64,000 bases of DNA from Octopus vulgaris. Its lineage: Eukaryota. The DNA is taken from NCBI GenBank assembly GCA_951406725.2, contig OX597819.1:135160001-135224000 (forward strand). Direction: 5' to 3'. The first letter of the stretch is position 1, and every line of letters begins with the position of its first letter. Positions 1-13,560 of the stretch are shown here, in pieces. The notes under the pieces are model-generated. The model saw only the letters and a list, made by a program, of their open reading frames with translations. It was not told the DNA's origin and did not search any database. Position numbers and translations under genes: made by a program.

Positions 1-1340
1 GGATGTGGACCCTTACACCAGGTTTCCATTGACCTAACAAATGCTTTTGATTCTATCAACAGAATTGCACTTTGGGAGATACTAAAAAAGCTAGGATACC
101 CTGAAAAATGTGTGAGAATGCTTAGACAATTTCAAGACAAGATGGAAGAGTTAGTGTTGAAGGTACCTTATCAGATCCAATTTCTATAGAAAATGGTGTA
201 AAGCAAGGTGATATTCCTGCTCCAACACTGTTTGCTATATATTTCGCAATAGTCTTTCAAAAAGCTTTTAAAGATCGCCTTGAAGGGGGTCTATATAAGA
301 TATAGGACAACAGGAAAACTGTTCAATCTCAAAAGACTCTGTGCCAAAACGAAAGTTCTGCATTCTCACCTTGTTGCGTTTCTGTATGCAGACGACTGTG
401 ACCTGTTGGCACATTCTCAGACAGAAATGCAGCACATGGTGAATGCCATTTCTGAAGCATGTGCAGCATTGGGTCTAACAATCAATCTAAAAAGAACTGT
501 TATAATGTACAAATGTACAGTCTGCTCCCTCCAAGATGTATGTGGAACCTTTTATAACTGTGAATGGTCAAAGGTTAGAGACTGTACCTAGATTTATTTA
601 TTTAGGAAGTACCTTGAGCACTGCTGGTCTTAATGATGAAACTTCATACAGAATCAGCAAGGCTAGTAGTGATTTTGGCAGGCTTGATGGGCGTCTGTGG
701 AAACATAATATATCTTCATAAATTAAAGTTAAGGTATATAACACATGCGTCCTCCCATCTTCGCTATATAGAAGTGAGGCATGGGTTGTTTACCGTAGGC
801 ACGTAAGGCAATTGGAAGATTTCATCAATACTGTCTGACAAAAATTTTGGGATAAACTGGAAAATGGCCATTAGTAATGTGGAGGTGCTTGAGAGGAGTG
901 GCAGTAGAAGTATAGAGTCAATGATTTTGCAAAGACGTTTGAGGTGGTGGGGTGGGGACATTTGCTAAGGATGAGTCACAAGCAGCTATTTTATGGTGAG
1001 CTGGATGATGGCAGGAGACCAGCACATAAGCCTAAACTAAGGTTTAAGGATTGCCTTTAAAATGCTTTAATACAGACAGGAATTACAGCTGGTAATTGGG
1101 AGAGGGAGGCACAAGACTGTGATGGATGGAGGAAGATAGTGCATGATGGTTGTTCAAGGTTTGGGAGGGAGAGAGTGAAGTATGAGAGAATTCGGAGGGG
1201 GCTTAGAAGTGGGGAACCTGTGGAAAGTGAGAGTGTTACTTTTAATGTGGTTTGTAGGTGGAGGTGTTTGAGCCGTGCAGGCCAGGTGGGCCATCAAAAT
1301 TCTCAAAGAAATCAACTGATGATAAACAATGATGTGGCTA
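1..1340 (+). mobile_element. Decayed RTE/BovB-like LINE fragment (RT to C-terminal zinc-finger remnant), cut by window edge
   Basis: Fragments read DLTNAFDSINR, GVKQGD, FLYADDCDL, FIYLGSTLS and CLSRAGQVGH, with many stops and frameshifts. Resembles the element at 36575-40760. Confidence 0.9.
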
Positions 1341-1359
1341 TTAAAATTCACAACAGAAC

Positions 1360-2560
1360 ATGTGTAAAATGACAAGGTCAACCATGGAATGATATGCCAC
1401 AAAATATGGAGACTGGGCATCGCAGGTAAAGTTGGAGAGTGGCTGCATGATTTCCTAAAGGACAGGAGCCAACAGAGCTCTCTCCACAGGGATACCAATA
1501 ATGAGTGGAGTGCCCCAGGGCACTGTGCTGGGGCCACTACTTTTCATAGTAGCCCTATCGGATCTGCCATCAGTGACAGGGGCAGTCATGCTTACCAGCT
1601 GTGCCGACAACACAAAAGTCACAGTCAGTCAAGGAAACCTCTGATGCTACGCTCTTACAGAAAGATCTAGATGCCATCTATACATGGGCTGAGGATAACA
1701 ACATGCAATTTAATGCAAGTAAATTCCAGGCCCTCCGCTACCAGTTAAGCAATGCTCAGGAATCACGACATCAGTACGTTGGAGCAACAATCCCAGAATC
1801 AAATACGGTGTGTGATCTTGGAATAGAAATGAGCAACAATGCCTCATTTCACACACATATCAACAAAATGGTAGCAGTATCCAGAAGACTGGCCGGCTGG
1901 ATTCTGAGAACCTTCTGGACAAGGGACCAACTATGATGACACTATGAGTCATTTATCCTCCAGCCGACTGGACTACTGCTCTCAGCTATGGTCACCTTAT
2001 ACTACAAGGATGATAGCAGAGCTTGAAGCAGTCCAACGACATTACACAAAGAAAATTGCGTCAATGGAACGATTGAGCTACTGGGACAGGTTAAAAGAGC
2101 GGCAGCTCTATTCCCTGGAATGAAGGCGGGAGAGGTATGCAGTGATATATGGAAGATACTGGAAGGACTGGTACCAAACTTTGGAATAAAGAGCTATACC
2201 AGACCACGAACAGGATGTTACTGTGCTGTCCCCATTGTGCCGACTGCTTCATCTCGGGAAAGGATGATGTACTGCAATAGCTTGGGTTTCAAGGGCCCAC
2301 AGCTGTTTAACTGTCTGCCGAAGCATCTGAGGAGCCTCCATGGAGTGGATGTAGACGTTTTCAAACGTGAACTTGACCTCTGGATTGCCGAGATCCCAGA
2401 TGAGCCAATATCTAAGCAAGAAACTCATAAGAGGGGAGCAATATCAAACTCCATCCTTCACCAAAAGCCAGAAGTGGCTCCTGACAAAGGTGGAAAGTGG
2501 AAAGATGATTACAGTGGCAGTGCTCCAGCATGGCCACAGTCATTGGACTGAAACATATAA
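1360..2560 (+). mobile_element. 5'-truncated CR1-like LINE fragment with 3' tail
   Basis: SGVPQGTVLGPLLF-like motif, LQKDLDAIYTWAEDNNMQFNASKFQ, DYCSQLWSP, GPQLFNCLPKHLR. Ends with CCAGCATGGCCACAGTCATTGGACTGAAACA, a tail shared with SINEs in this window. Confidence 0.88.
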
Positions 2561-5500
2561 GAGAAGTGGCTAAAGGGGGTCGATGTGGAAGGAGAAGTGG
2601 CTAAAAGGGGTCGATGTGGAAGGAGAAGTGGCTAAAGGGGTCGATGTGGAAGGAGAAGTGGCTAAAGGGGTCGATGTGGAAGGAGAAGTGGCTAAAAAGA
2701 GGTCGATGTGGAAGGAGAAGTGGCTAAAGGGGGTCGATGTGGGAAGGAGAAGTGGCTAAAGGGGGTCGATGTGGAAGGAGAAGTGGCTAAAGGGGTCGAT
2801 GTGGAAGGAGAAGTGGCTAAAAGGGGTCGATGTGGAAGGAGAAGTGGCTAAAGGGAGTCGATGTGGAAGGAGAAGTGGCTAAAGGGGGTCGATGTGGAAG
2901 GAGAAGTGGCTAAAAGGGGGTCGATGTGGAAGGAGAAGTGGCTAAAGGGGTCGATGTGGAAGGAGAAGTGGCTAAAGGGGGTCGATGTGGAGAGGAGAGT
3001 GGCTAAAATGTGGAAGGAGAAGTGGCTAAAGGGGGTCGATGTGGAAGGAGAAGTGGCTAAAAGAGGTCGATGTGGAAGGAGAAGTGGCTAAAAGGTGGTC
3101 GATGTGGAAGGAGAAGTGGCTAAAGGGGGTCGATGTGGAAGGAGAAGTGGCTAAAGGAGATCGATGTGGAAGGAGAAGTGGCTAAAGCGGGTCGATGTGG
3201 AAGGAGAAGTGGCTAAAGGGGGTCGATGTGGAAGGAGAAGTGGCTAAAGGGGGGTCGATGTGGAAGGAGAAGTGGCTAAAGGGGTTCGATGTGGAAGGAG
3301 AAGTGGCTAAAGGGGGTCGATGTGGAAGGAGAAGTGGCTAAAGGGGGTCGATGTGGAAGGAGAAGTGGCTAAAGGGGGTCGATGTGGAAGGAGAAGTGGC
3401 TAAAGGGGGTCGATGTGGAAGGAGAAGTGGCTAAAGGGGGTCAATGTGGAAGGAGAAGTGGCTAAAGGGGGTCGATGTGGAAGGAGAAGTGGCTAAAGGG
3501 GGTCGATGTGGAAGGAGAAGTGGCTAAAAGGGGGTCGATGTGGAAGGAGAAGTGGCTAAAGGGGTCGATGTGGAAGGAGAAGTGGCTAAAAGGGGTCGAT
3601 GTGGAAGGAGAAGTGGCTAAAAGGGGTCGATGTGGAAGGAGAAGTGGCTAAAGGGGGTCGATGTGGAAGGAGAAGTGGCTAAAGGGGTCGATGTGGAAGG
3701 AGAAGTGGCTAAAGTGGGTCGATGTGGAAGGAGAAGTGGCTAAAGGGGTCGATGTGGAAGGAGAAGTGGCTAAAGGGGGTCGATGTGGAAGGAGAAGTGG
3801 CTAAAGGGGGTCGATGTGGAAGGAGAAGTGGCTAAAGGGGTTCGATGGGGAAGGAGAAGTGGCTAAAGGGGGTCGATGTGGAAGGAGAAGTGGCTAAAGG
3901 GGTCGATGTGGAAGGAGAAGTGGCTAAAGGGGTTCGATGGGGAAGGAGAAGTGGCTAAAGGGGGTCGATGTGGAAGGAGAAGTGGCTAAAGGGGGTCGAT
4001 GTGGAAGGAGAAGTGGCTAAAGGGGGTCGATGTGGAAGGAGAAGTGGCTAAAGGGGTCGATGTGGAAGTATAATTGGCTAAAGGGGGGTCGATGTGGAAG
4101 GAGAAGTGGCTAAAGGGGTCGATGTGGAAGGAGAAGTGGCTAAAGGGGGTCGATGTGGAAGGAGAAGTGGCTAAAGGGGGTCGATGTGGAAGGAGAAGTG
4201 GCTAAAAGAGGTCGATGTGGAAGGAGAAGTGGCTAAAGGGGGTCGATGTGGAAGGAGAAGTGGCTAAAGGGGGTCGATGGGGAAGGAGAAGTGGCTAAAG
4301 GGATTCGATGGGGAAGGAGAAGTGGCTAAAAGGGGTTGATGTGGAAGGAGAAGTGGCTAAAGGGGTCGATGTGGAAGGAGAAGTGGCTAAAGGGGGTCGA
4401 TGTGGAAGGAGAAGTGGCTAAAGGGGGTCGATGTGGAAGGAGAAGTGGCTAAAAGGGGTCGATGTGGAAGGAGAAGTGGCTAAAAGGGGTCGATGTGGAA
4501 GGAGAAGTGGCTAAAGGGGGTCGATGTGGAAGGAGAAGTGGCTAAAGAGGTCGATGTGGAAGGAGAAGTGGCTAAAAGGGTCGATGTGGAAGGAGAAGTG
4601 GCTAAAAGGGGTCATGTGGAAGGAGAAGTGGCTAAAAGAGGTCGATGTGGAAGGAGAAGTGGCTAAAGGGGGTCGATGTGGAAGGAGAAGTGGCTAAAAG
4701 GGGTCGATGTGGAAGGAGAAGTGGCTAAAGAGTCGATGTGGAAGGAGAAGTGGCTAAAAGAGGTCGATGTGGAAGGAGAAGTGGCTAAAGTGGGTCGATG
4801 TGGAAGGAGAAGTGGCTAAAAGGGGTCGATGTGGAAGGAGAAGTGGCTAAAGGGGGTCGATGTGGAAGGAGAAGTGGCTAAAAGAGGTCGATGTGGAAAG
4901 AGAAGTGGCTAAAGGGGGTCGATGTGGAAGGAGAAGTGGCTAAAAGGGGTCGATGTGGAAGGAGAAGTGGCTAAAGGGGTCGATGTGGAAGGAGAAGTGG
5001 CTAAAGGGGTCGATGTGGAAGGAGAAGTGGCTAAAAGGGGTCGATGTGGAAGGAGAAGTGGCTAAAGGGGGTCGATGTGGAAGGAGAAGTGGCTAAAGGG
5101 GGTCGATGTGGAAGGAGAAGTGGCTAAAAGGGGTCGATGTGGAAGGAGAAGTGGCTAAAAGGGGTCGATGTGGAAGGAGAAGTGGCTAAAGGGGTCGATG
5201 TGGAAGGAGAAGTGGCTAAAGGGGGTCGATGTGGAAGGAGAAGTGGCTAAAGGGGGTCGATGTGGAAGGAGAAGTGGCTAAAAGGGGTCGATGTGGAAGG
5301 AGAAGTGGCTAAAGGGGTCGATGTGGAAGGAGAAGTGGCTAAAGGGGTCGATGTGGAAGGAGAAGTGGCTAAAAGGGGTCGATGTGGAAGGAGAAGTGGC
5401 TAAAAGGGGTCGATGTGGAAGAGAGAAGGGTAAAGAGGGGTCGATGTGGAAGGAGAAGTGGCTAAAAGGGGGTCGATGTGGAAGGAGAAGTGGCTAAAGG

Positions 5501-8500
5501 GGTCGATGTGGAAGGAGAAGTGGCTAAAGGGGTCGATGTGGAAGGAGAAGTGGCTAAAAGGGGTCGATGTGGAAGGAGAAGTGGCTAAAGGGGTCGATGT
5601 GGAAGGAGAAGTGGCTAAGGGGTCGATGTGGAAGGAGAAGTGGCTAAAGGGGTCGATGTGGAAGGAGAAGTGGCTAAAGGGGGTCGATGTGGAAGGAGAA
5701 GTGGCTAAAGGGGTCGATGTGGAAGGAGAAGTGGCTAAAAGGGGTCGATGTGGAAGGAGAAGTGGCTAAAGGGGGTCGATGTGGAAGGAGAAGTGGCTAA
5801 AGGGGGTCGATGTGGAAGGAGAAGTGGCTAAAGGGGGTCGATGTGGAAGGAGAAGTGGCTAAAAGGGGTCGATGTGGAAGGAGAAGTGGCTAAAAGAGGT
5901 CGATGTGGAAGGAGAAGTGGCTAAAAGGGGTCGATGTGGAAGGAGAAGTGGCTAAAGGGGTCGATGTGGAAGGAGAAGTGGCTAAAGGGGGTCGATGTGG
6001 AAGGAGAAGTGGCTAAAAGAGGTCGATGTGGAAGGAGAAGTGGCTAAAGGGGGTCGATGTGGAAGGAGAAGTGGCTAAAGGGGGTCGATGTGGAAGGAGA
6101 AGTGGCTAAAAGAGGTCGATGTGGAAGGAGAAGTGGCTAAAAGGGGTCGATGTGGAAGGAGAAGTGGCTAAAAGAGGTCGATGTGGAAGGAGAAGTGGCT
6201 TAAAGGGGGTCGATGTGGAAGGAGAAGTGGCTAAAGGGGGTCGATGTGGAAGGAGAAGTGGCTAAAAGGGGTCGATGTGGAAGGAGAAGTGGCTAAAAGA
6301 GGTCGATGTGGAAGGAGAAGTGGCTAAAGGGGGTCGATGTGGAAGGAGAAGTGGCTAAAAGAGGTCGATGTGGAAGGAGAAGTGGCTAAAGGGGGTCGAT
6401 GTGGAAGGAGAAGTGGCTAAAGGGGGTCGATGTGGAAGGAGAAGTGGCTAAAGGGGGTCGATGTGGAAGGAGAAGTGGCTAAAAGGGGGTCGATGTGGAA
6501 GGAGAAGTGGCTAAAAGGGGGTCGATGTGGAAGGAGAAGTGGCTAAAGGAGGTCGATGTGGAAGGAGAAGTGGCTAAAGGAGGTCGATGTGGAAGGAGAA
6601 GTGGCTAAAAGGGGTCGATGTGGAAGGAGAAGTGGCTAAAGGGGGGTCGATGTGGAAGGAGAAGTGGCTAAAAGAGGTCGATGTGGAAGGAGAAGTGGCT
6701 AAAGGGGGTCGATGTGGAAGGAGAAGTGGCTAAAGGGGTCGATGTGGAAGGAGAAGTGGCTAAAGGGGGTCGATGTGGAAGGAGAAGTGGCTAAAGGGGG
6801 TCGATGTGGAAGGAGAAGTGGCTAAAGGGGGTCGATGGGGAAGGAGAAGTGGCTAAAGGGATTCGATGGGGAAGGAGAAGTGGCTAAAAGGGGTTGATGT
6901 GGAAGGAGAAGTGGCTGATGGGGGGTCGATGTGGAAGGAGAAGTGGCTAAAAGGGGTCGATGTGGAAGGAGAAGTGGCTAAAGGGGTCGATGTGGAAGGA
7001 GAAGTGGCTAAAGGGGTCGATGTGGAAGGAGAAGTGGCTAAAAGAGGTCGATGTGGAAGGAGAAGTGGCTAAAAGGGGGTCGATGTGGAAGGAGAAGTGG
7101 CTAAAGGGGGTCGATGTGGAAGGAGAAGTGGCTAAAGGGGTCGATGTGGAAGGAGAAGTGGCTAAAAGAGGTCGATGTGGAAGGAGAAGTGGCTAAAGGG
7201 GGTCGATGTGGAAGGAGAAGTGGCTAAAGAGGTCGATGTGGAAGGAGAAGTGGCTAAAAGGGGTCGATGTGGAAGGAGAAGTGGCTAAAGGGGGTCGATG
7301 TGGAAGGAGAAGTGGCTAAAAGAGGTCGATGTGGAAGGAGAAGTGGCTAAAGGGGGTCGATGTGGAAGGAGAAGTGGCTAAAGGGGGTCGATGTGGAAGG
7401 AGAAGTGGCTAAAAGAGGTCGATGTGGAAGGAGAAGTGGCTAAAGGGGGTCGATGTGGAAGGAGAAGTGGCTAAAGGGGGTCGATGTGGAAGGAGAAGTG
7501 GCTAAAAGAGGTTCGATGTGGAAGGAGAAGTGGCTAAAGGGGGTCGATGTGGAAGGAGAAGTGGCTAAAAGGGGGTCGATGTGGAAGGAGAAGTGGCTAA
7601 AGGGGGTCGATGTGGAAGGAGAAGTGGCTAAAGGGGGTCGATGTGGAAGGAGAAGTGGCTAAAGGGGGTCGATGTGGAAGGAGAAGTGGCTAAAAGGGGT
7701 CGATGTGGAAGGAGAAGTGGCTAAAGGGGGTCGATGTGGAAGGAGAAGTGGCTAAAAGAGGTCGATGTGGAAGGAGAAGTGGCAAAAGGGGGTCGATGTG
7801 GAAGGAGAAGTGGCTAAAAGGGGTCGATGTGGAAGGAGAAGTGGCTAAAAGGGGTCGATGTGGAAGGAGAAGTGGCTAAAGGGGGTCGATGTGGAAGGAG
7901 AAGTGGCTAAAAGGGGTCGATGTGGAAGGAGAAGTGGCTAAAAGGGGGTCGATGTGGAAGGAGAAGTGGCTAAAAGGGGTTCGATGTGGAAGGAGAAGTG
8001 GCTAAAAGAGGTCGATGTGGAAGGAGAAGTGGCTAAAGGGGGTCGATGTGGAAGGAGAAGTGGCTAAAGGGGGTCGATGTGGAAGGAGAAGTGGCTAAAG
8101 GAGGTCGATGTGGAAGGAGAAGTGGCTAAAGGGGGTCGATGTGGAAGGAGAAGTGGCTAAAAGGGGTCGATGTGGAAGGAGAAGTGGCTAAAGAGGTCGA
8201 TGTGGAAGGAGAAGTGGCTAAAAGGGTCGATGTGGAAGGAGAAGTGGCTAAAAGGGGGTCGATGTGGAAGGAGAAGTGGCTAAAGGGGGTCGATGTGGAA
8301 GGAGAAGTGGCTAAAGGGGGTCGATGTGGAAGGAGAAGTGGCTAAAGGGGGTCGATGTGGAAGGAGAAGTGGCTAAATGGGGTCGATGTGGAAGGAGAAG
8401 TGGCTAAAAGGGGGTCGATGTGGAAGGAGAAGTGGCTAAAGGGGGTCGATGTGGAAGGAGAAGTGGCTAAAAGGGGTCGATGTGGAAGGAGAAGTGGCTA

Positions 8501-11500
8501 AAGAGGTCGATGTGGAAGGAGAAGTGGCTAAAGGGGGTCGATGTGGAAGGAGAAGTGGCTAAAGGGGGTCGATGTGGAAGGAGAAGTGGCTAAAAGGGGT
8601 CGATGTGGAAGGAGAAGTGGCAAAAAGGGGTCGATGTGGAAGGAGAAGTGGCTAAAGGGGGTCGATGTGGAAGGAGAAGTGGCTAAAAGGGGGTCGATGT
8701 GGAAGGAGAAGTGGCTAAAAGGGGTCGATGTGGAAGGAGAAGTGGCTAAAGGGGGTCGATGACGAAGGAGAAGTGGCTAAAAGAGGTCGATGTGGAAAGA
8801 GAAGTGGCTAAAGGGGGTCGATGTGGAAGGAGAAGTGGCTAAAAGGGGTCGATGTGGAAGGAGAAGTGGCTAAAAGAGGTCGATGTGGAAGGAGAAGTGG
8901 CAAAAGGGGGTCGATGTGGAAGGAGAAGTGGCTAAAAGGGGGTCGATGTGGAAGGAGAAGTGGCTAAAGGGGTCGATGTGGAAGGAGAAGTGGCTAAAGG
9001 GGGTCGATGTGGAAGGAGAAGTGGCTAAAAGGGGTCGATGTGGAAGGAGAAGTGGCTAAAGGGGTCGATGTGGAAGGAGAAGTGGCTAAAGGGGTCGATG
9101 TGGAAGGAGAAGTGGCTAAAAGGGGTCGATGTGGAAGGAGAAGTGGCTAAAAGGGGTCGATGTGGAAGGAGAAGTGGCTAAAGGGGTCGATGTGGAAGGA
9201 GAAGTGGCTAAAGGGGTCGATGTGGAAGGAGAAGTGGCTAAAGGGGTCGATGTGGAAGGAGAAGTGGCTAAAGGGGTCGATGTGGAAGGAGAAGTGGCTA
9301 AAGGGGGTCGATGTGGAAGGAGAAGTGGCTAAAGAGGTCGATGTGGAAGGAGAAGTGGCTAAAGGGGGTCGATGTGGAAGGAGAAGTGGCTAAAGGGGTC
9401 GATGTGGAAGGAGAAGTGGCTAAAGGGGTCGATGTGGAAGGAGAAGTGGCTAAAAGGGGTCGATGTGGAAGGAGAAGTGGCTAAAGAGGTCGATGTGGAA
9501 GGAGAAGTGGCTAAAGGGGTCGATGTGGAAGGAGAAGTGGCTAAAAGGGGTCGATGTGGAAGGAGAAGTGGCTAAAGGGGGTCGATGTGGAAGGAGAAGT
9601 GGCTAAAGGGGGTCGATGTGGAAGGAGAAGTGGCTAAAGGGGGTCGATGTGGAAGGAGAAGTGGCTAAAAGAGGTCGATGTGGAAGGAGAAGTGGCTAAA
9701 GGGGGTCGATGTGGAAGGAGAAGTGGCTAAAGGGGTCGATGTGGAAGGAGAAGTGGCTAAAAGGGGTCGATGTGGAAGGAGAAGTGGCTAAAGGGGTCGA
9801 TGTGGAAGGAGAAGTGGCTAAAAGGGGTCGATGTGGAAGGAGAAGTGGCTAAAGGGGGTCGATGTGGAAGGAGAAGTGGCTAAAAGGAGGTCGATGTGGA
9901 AGGAGAAGTGGCTAAAAGAGGTCGATGTGGAAGGAGAAGTGGCTAAAGGGGTCGATGTGGAAGGAGAAGTGGCTAAAGGGGTCGATGTGGAAGGAGAAGT
10001 GGCTAAAGGGGTCGATGTGGAAGGAGAAGTGGCTAAAAGGGGTCGATGTGGAAGGAGAAGTGGCTAAAGGGGGTCGATGTGGAAGGAGAAGTGGCTAAAG
10101 GGGTCGATGGAAGGAGAAGTGGCTAAAAGGGGTCGATGTGGAAGGAGAAGTGGCTAAGGGGGTCGATGTGGAAGGAGAAGTGGCTAAAGGGGGTCGATGT
10201 GGAAGGAGAAGTGGCTAAAAGGGGTCGATGTGGAAGGAGAAGTGGCTAAAAGGGGTCGATGTGGAAGGAGAAGTGGCTAAAGGGGGTCGATGGGGAAGGA
10301 GAAGTGGCTAAAGGGGGTCGATGTGGAAGGAGAAGTGGCTAAAAGGGGGTCGATGTGGAAGGAGAAGTGGCTAAAGGGGGTCGATGTGGAAGGAGAAGTG
10401 GCTAAAAGAGGTCGATGTGGAAGGAGAAGTGGCTAAAGGGGGTCGATGATGAAGGAGAAGTGGCTAAAAGGGGTCGATGTGGAAGGAGAAGTGGCTAAAG
10501 GGGGTCGATGTGGAAGGAGAAGTGGCTAAAAGGGGTCGATGTGGAAGGAGAAGTGGCAAAAGGGGGTCGATGTGGAAGGAGAAGTGGCTAAAGGGGGTCG
10601 ATGTGGAAGGAGAAGTGGCTAAAGAGGTCGATGTGGGAGGAGAAGTTGCTAAAGGGGTCGATGTGGAAGGAGAAGTGGTTAAAGGGGGTCGATGTGGAAG
10701 GAGTTGTGGCTTAAGGGGTCGATGTGGAAGGAGAAGTGGCTAAAAAGAGGGTCGATGTGGAAGGAGAAGTGGCTAAAGGGGGTCGATGTGGAAGGAGAAG
10801 TGGCTAAAGGGGGTCGATGTGGAAGGAGAAGTGGCTACAGGGGGTCGATGTGGAAGGAGAAGTGGCTAAAGGGGGTCGATGTGGAAGGAGAAGTGGCTAA
10901 AGGGGGTCGATGTGGAAGGAGAAGTGGCTAAAGGAGGTCGATGTGGAAGGAGAAGTGGCTAAGGGGTCGATGTGGAAGGAGAAGTGGCTAAAGGGGGTCG
11001 ATGTGGAAGGAGAAGTGGCTAAAAGGGGGTCGATGTGGAAGGAGAAGTGGCTAAAGGGGTCGATGTGGAAGGAGAAGTGGCTAAAGGGGGTCGATGTGGA
11101 AGGAGAAGTGGCTAAAGGGGGGTCGATGTGGAAGGAGAAGTGGCTAAAGGGGTCGATGTGGAAGGAGAAGTGGCTAAAAGGTCGATGTGGAAGGAGAAGT
11201 GGCTAAAAGGGTCGATGTGGAAGGAGAAGTGGCTAAAGGGGTCGATGTGGAAGGAGAAGTGGCTAAAAGGGGTCGATGTGGAAGGAGAAGTGGCTAAAAG
11301 AGGTCGATGTGGAAGGAGAAGTGGCTAAAGGGGGTCGATGTGGAAGGAGAAGTGGCTAAAAGAGGTCGATGTGGAAGGAGAAGTGGCTAAAGGGGTCGAT
11401 GTGGAAGGAGAAGTGGCTAAAGGGGGTCGATGTGGAAGGAGAAGTGGCTAAAAGAGGTCGATGTGGAAGGAGAAGTGGCAAAAGAGGTCGATGTGGAAGG

Positions 11501-12160
11501 AGAGAGGCTAAAGGGGGTCGATGTGGAAGGAGAAGTGGCTAAAGAGGTCGATGTGGAAGGAGAAGTGGCTAAAAGAGGTCGATGTGGAAGGAGAAGTGGC
11601 TAAAAGGGGTCGATGTGGAAGGAGAAGTGGCTAAAGGAGGTCGATGTGGAAGGAGAAGTGGCTAAAAGAGGTCGATGTGGAAGGAGAAGTGGCTAAAGGG
11701 GTCGATGGAAGGAGAAGTGGCTAAAGGGGGTCGATGTGGAAGGAGAAGTGGCTAAAAGAGGTCGATGTGGAAGGAGAAGTGGCTAAAGGGGTCGATGTGG
11801 AAGGAGAAGTGGCTAAAGGGGGTCGATGTGGAAGGAGAAGTGGCTAAAAGAGGTCGATGTGGAAGGAGAAGTGGCTAAAGGGGGTTGATGTGGAAGGAGA
11901 AGTGGCTAAAAGGGGTCGATGTGGAAGAAGTGGCTAAAGGGGGTTGATGTGGAAGAAGAAGTAGCTAAAGGGGGTCGATGTGGAAGAAGTGGCTAAAGGG
12001 GGTCGATGTGGATGGAGAAGTGGCTAAAGGGGGTCGATGTGGAAGAAGTGGCTAAAGGCGGTCGATGTGGAAGAAGAAGTGGCTAAAGGAGAAGTGGCTA
12101 AAGGGGGTCGATGTGGAAGGAGAAGTGGCTAAAGGGGGTCGATGTGGAAGGAGAAGTGGT
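2561..12160. repeat. ~9.6 kb tandem minisatellite, 30-32 bp unit GTCGATGTGGAAGGAGAAGTGGCTAAA(A/G)GGG, roughly 310 copies (length/unit estimate)
   Basis: Uninterrupted head-to-tail array seen directly. Variation lies mostly in the A/G run; shortened units occur near 11920-12100. Confidence 0.99.
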
Positions 12161-12174
12161 TAACGAGTCGGTGG

Positions 12175-13560
12175 TCGGAAAAGTTTGGCTGATGAACAAG
12201 GCACTATGATAGAGGGGACAGAGTTTGTAAACAGGTTTACAGCTGGTTCATGTAAGCTGGCTGGTTGAGGAACCAGAGCTCATGTTTTGAAATGTTAATG
12301 ATTGAGGATCTTACGACCAAGTTACTCAGTTATTGTCCGCACAGCTGCAAGGACCTTATCAGGAGGGCCTTCCCAACAAGCATCATCAAGACACCAGACA
12401 TTTAAGTCTAGATCAGCTTCTATCTTGGTAACATCATCAATACCCAGTGCAAAGAGAGCAGGTCCAAGTGGATCACCCTGTTGTACTCCAGAAGCAGATG
12501 GCATGAGGTGGTCACCAAAGCAGAGATAGGAAGTTTCCTGATAAGCTTCCCAAGCAAAATGATAAAGCTGTGGGGCATTCTCCCTTACTGCATGGAGGAT
12601 GACGTCCTGATTGATGGAACTGAAGGTATTTTTAAGGTCAAGTTCGAGGACGACATTTGGGGACTCAGAAGACAAGTTAGTGAAAGCCCTAGTGGCATGT
12701 GTAGCAACCTAGCTTAGTACCCACTGCTAGCTGAGTAAGGGAAAATTCAGTGGATAAGCAGTTAGAAACTGAGGATAGACACACTTTCGCTGTGAGCCAT
12801 CACAGAGTACAACCAACTGCTAAGGGGTGGAGGTCACCATTGGGCTTGCTGAGATCAAATAAATCAACCCCAAAGAACAGGGGACAAGAACAAGTTTATG
12901 AACTGTGTTAGGTTCTCCAAGAGCTCAAGACCAGCATCACTGGCTGACAGGGAGATACCATCTTTGAGACGCTGAGGTTGTAAACTATCAAATGTGCCAG
13001 AACCCACAGGAAAAGATTCAATTGCCTTCCTGACATTGTCAGATGTGAAAACAGGTTGTAAATAACCTGGTGGGTCAGGCTAGTGTAGGTAGTCGTTGTC
13101 AAGGGCTTGAGGATGTTTTTCCTTTAGTAGATTGAGGGAGTGTGTGGTACACAGGATGAGGGAAGACAGGGAGGAGAGCTGGCAAACAGCCCCTTTAATG
13201 TCAAATTTGCTGAATTTGGCATTGATGGCCTTCTTTAAGTTAGGTTGTCAACAATTGTTCAGGGTTGTGCTGATCACTGACCTGAAGTGAACAGTGGTTG
13301 GGGTGGATTGGAATAGCTCAAACTACTATTTAAGGGACGATGTAAGGGATCCTGTATTCACGTTCATCACATGGTGAAATAACAAAGGGAACAAGAACAC
13401 TTTCTGCCAATCTGAAGTGTTGTTGGGTAGGCAGATGTTCTTCACTAGTTTCAAGAGAACATGGGTGAAACAAGTTCGAGCTCTTTAAGGGATCCAATTG
13501 ATGAGCTTCAACTTGGACAAGCCCTGGAGGGCAACAGCAAAATCCTCTACAGGGATCTGG
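12175..13560 (-). mobile_element. Decayed CRE-clade non-LTR retrotransposon, RT region
   Basis: LSKPNGDLHPLAVGCTL*WLTAK (cf. KKDGGIRPIAVG), LDLKNTFSSI, SASGVQQGDPLGPALFAL and WCLDD match RT motifs of the CRE clade as I recall them. Confidence 0.8.

Noticed and set aside
2561-12160. CRISPR array or repetitive protein gene (MWKEKWLKG/VDVEGEVAK ORFs)
   Set aside because: There are no unique spacers and no cas genes; the frame shifts constantly with the A/G run, so the ORFs are by-products of a satellite.
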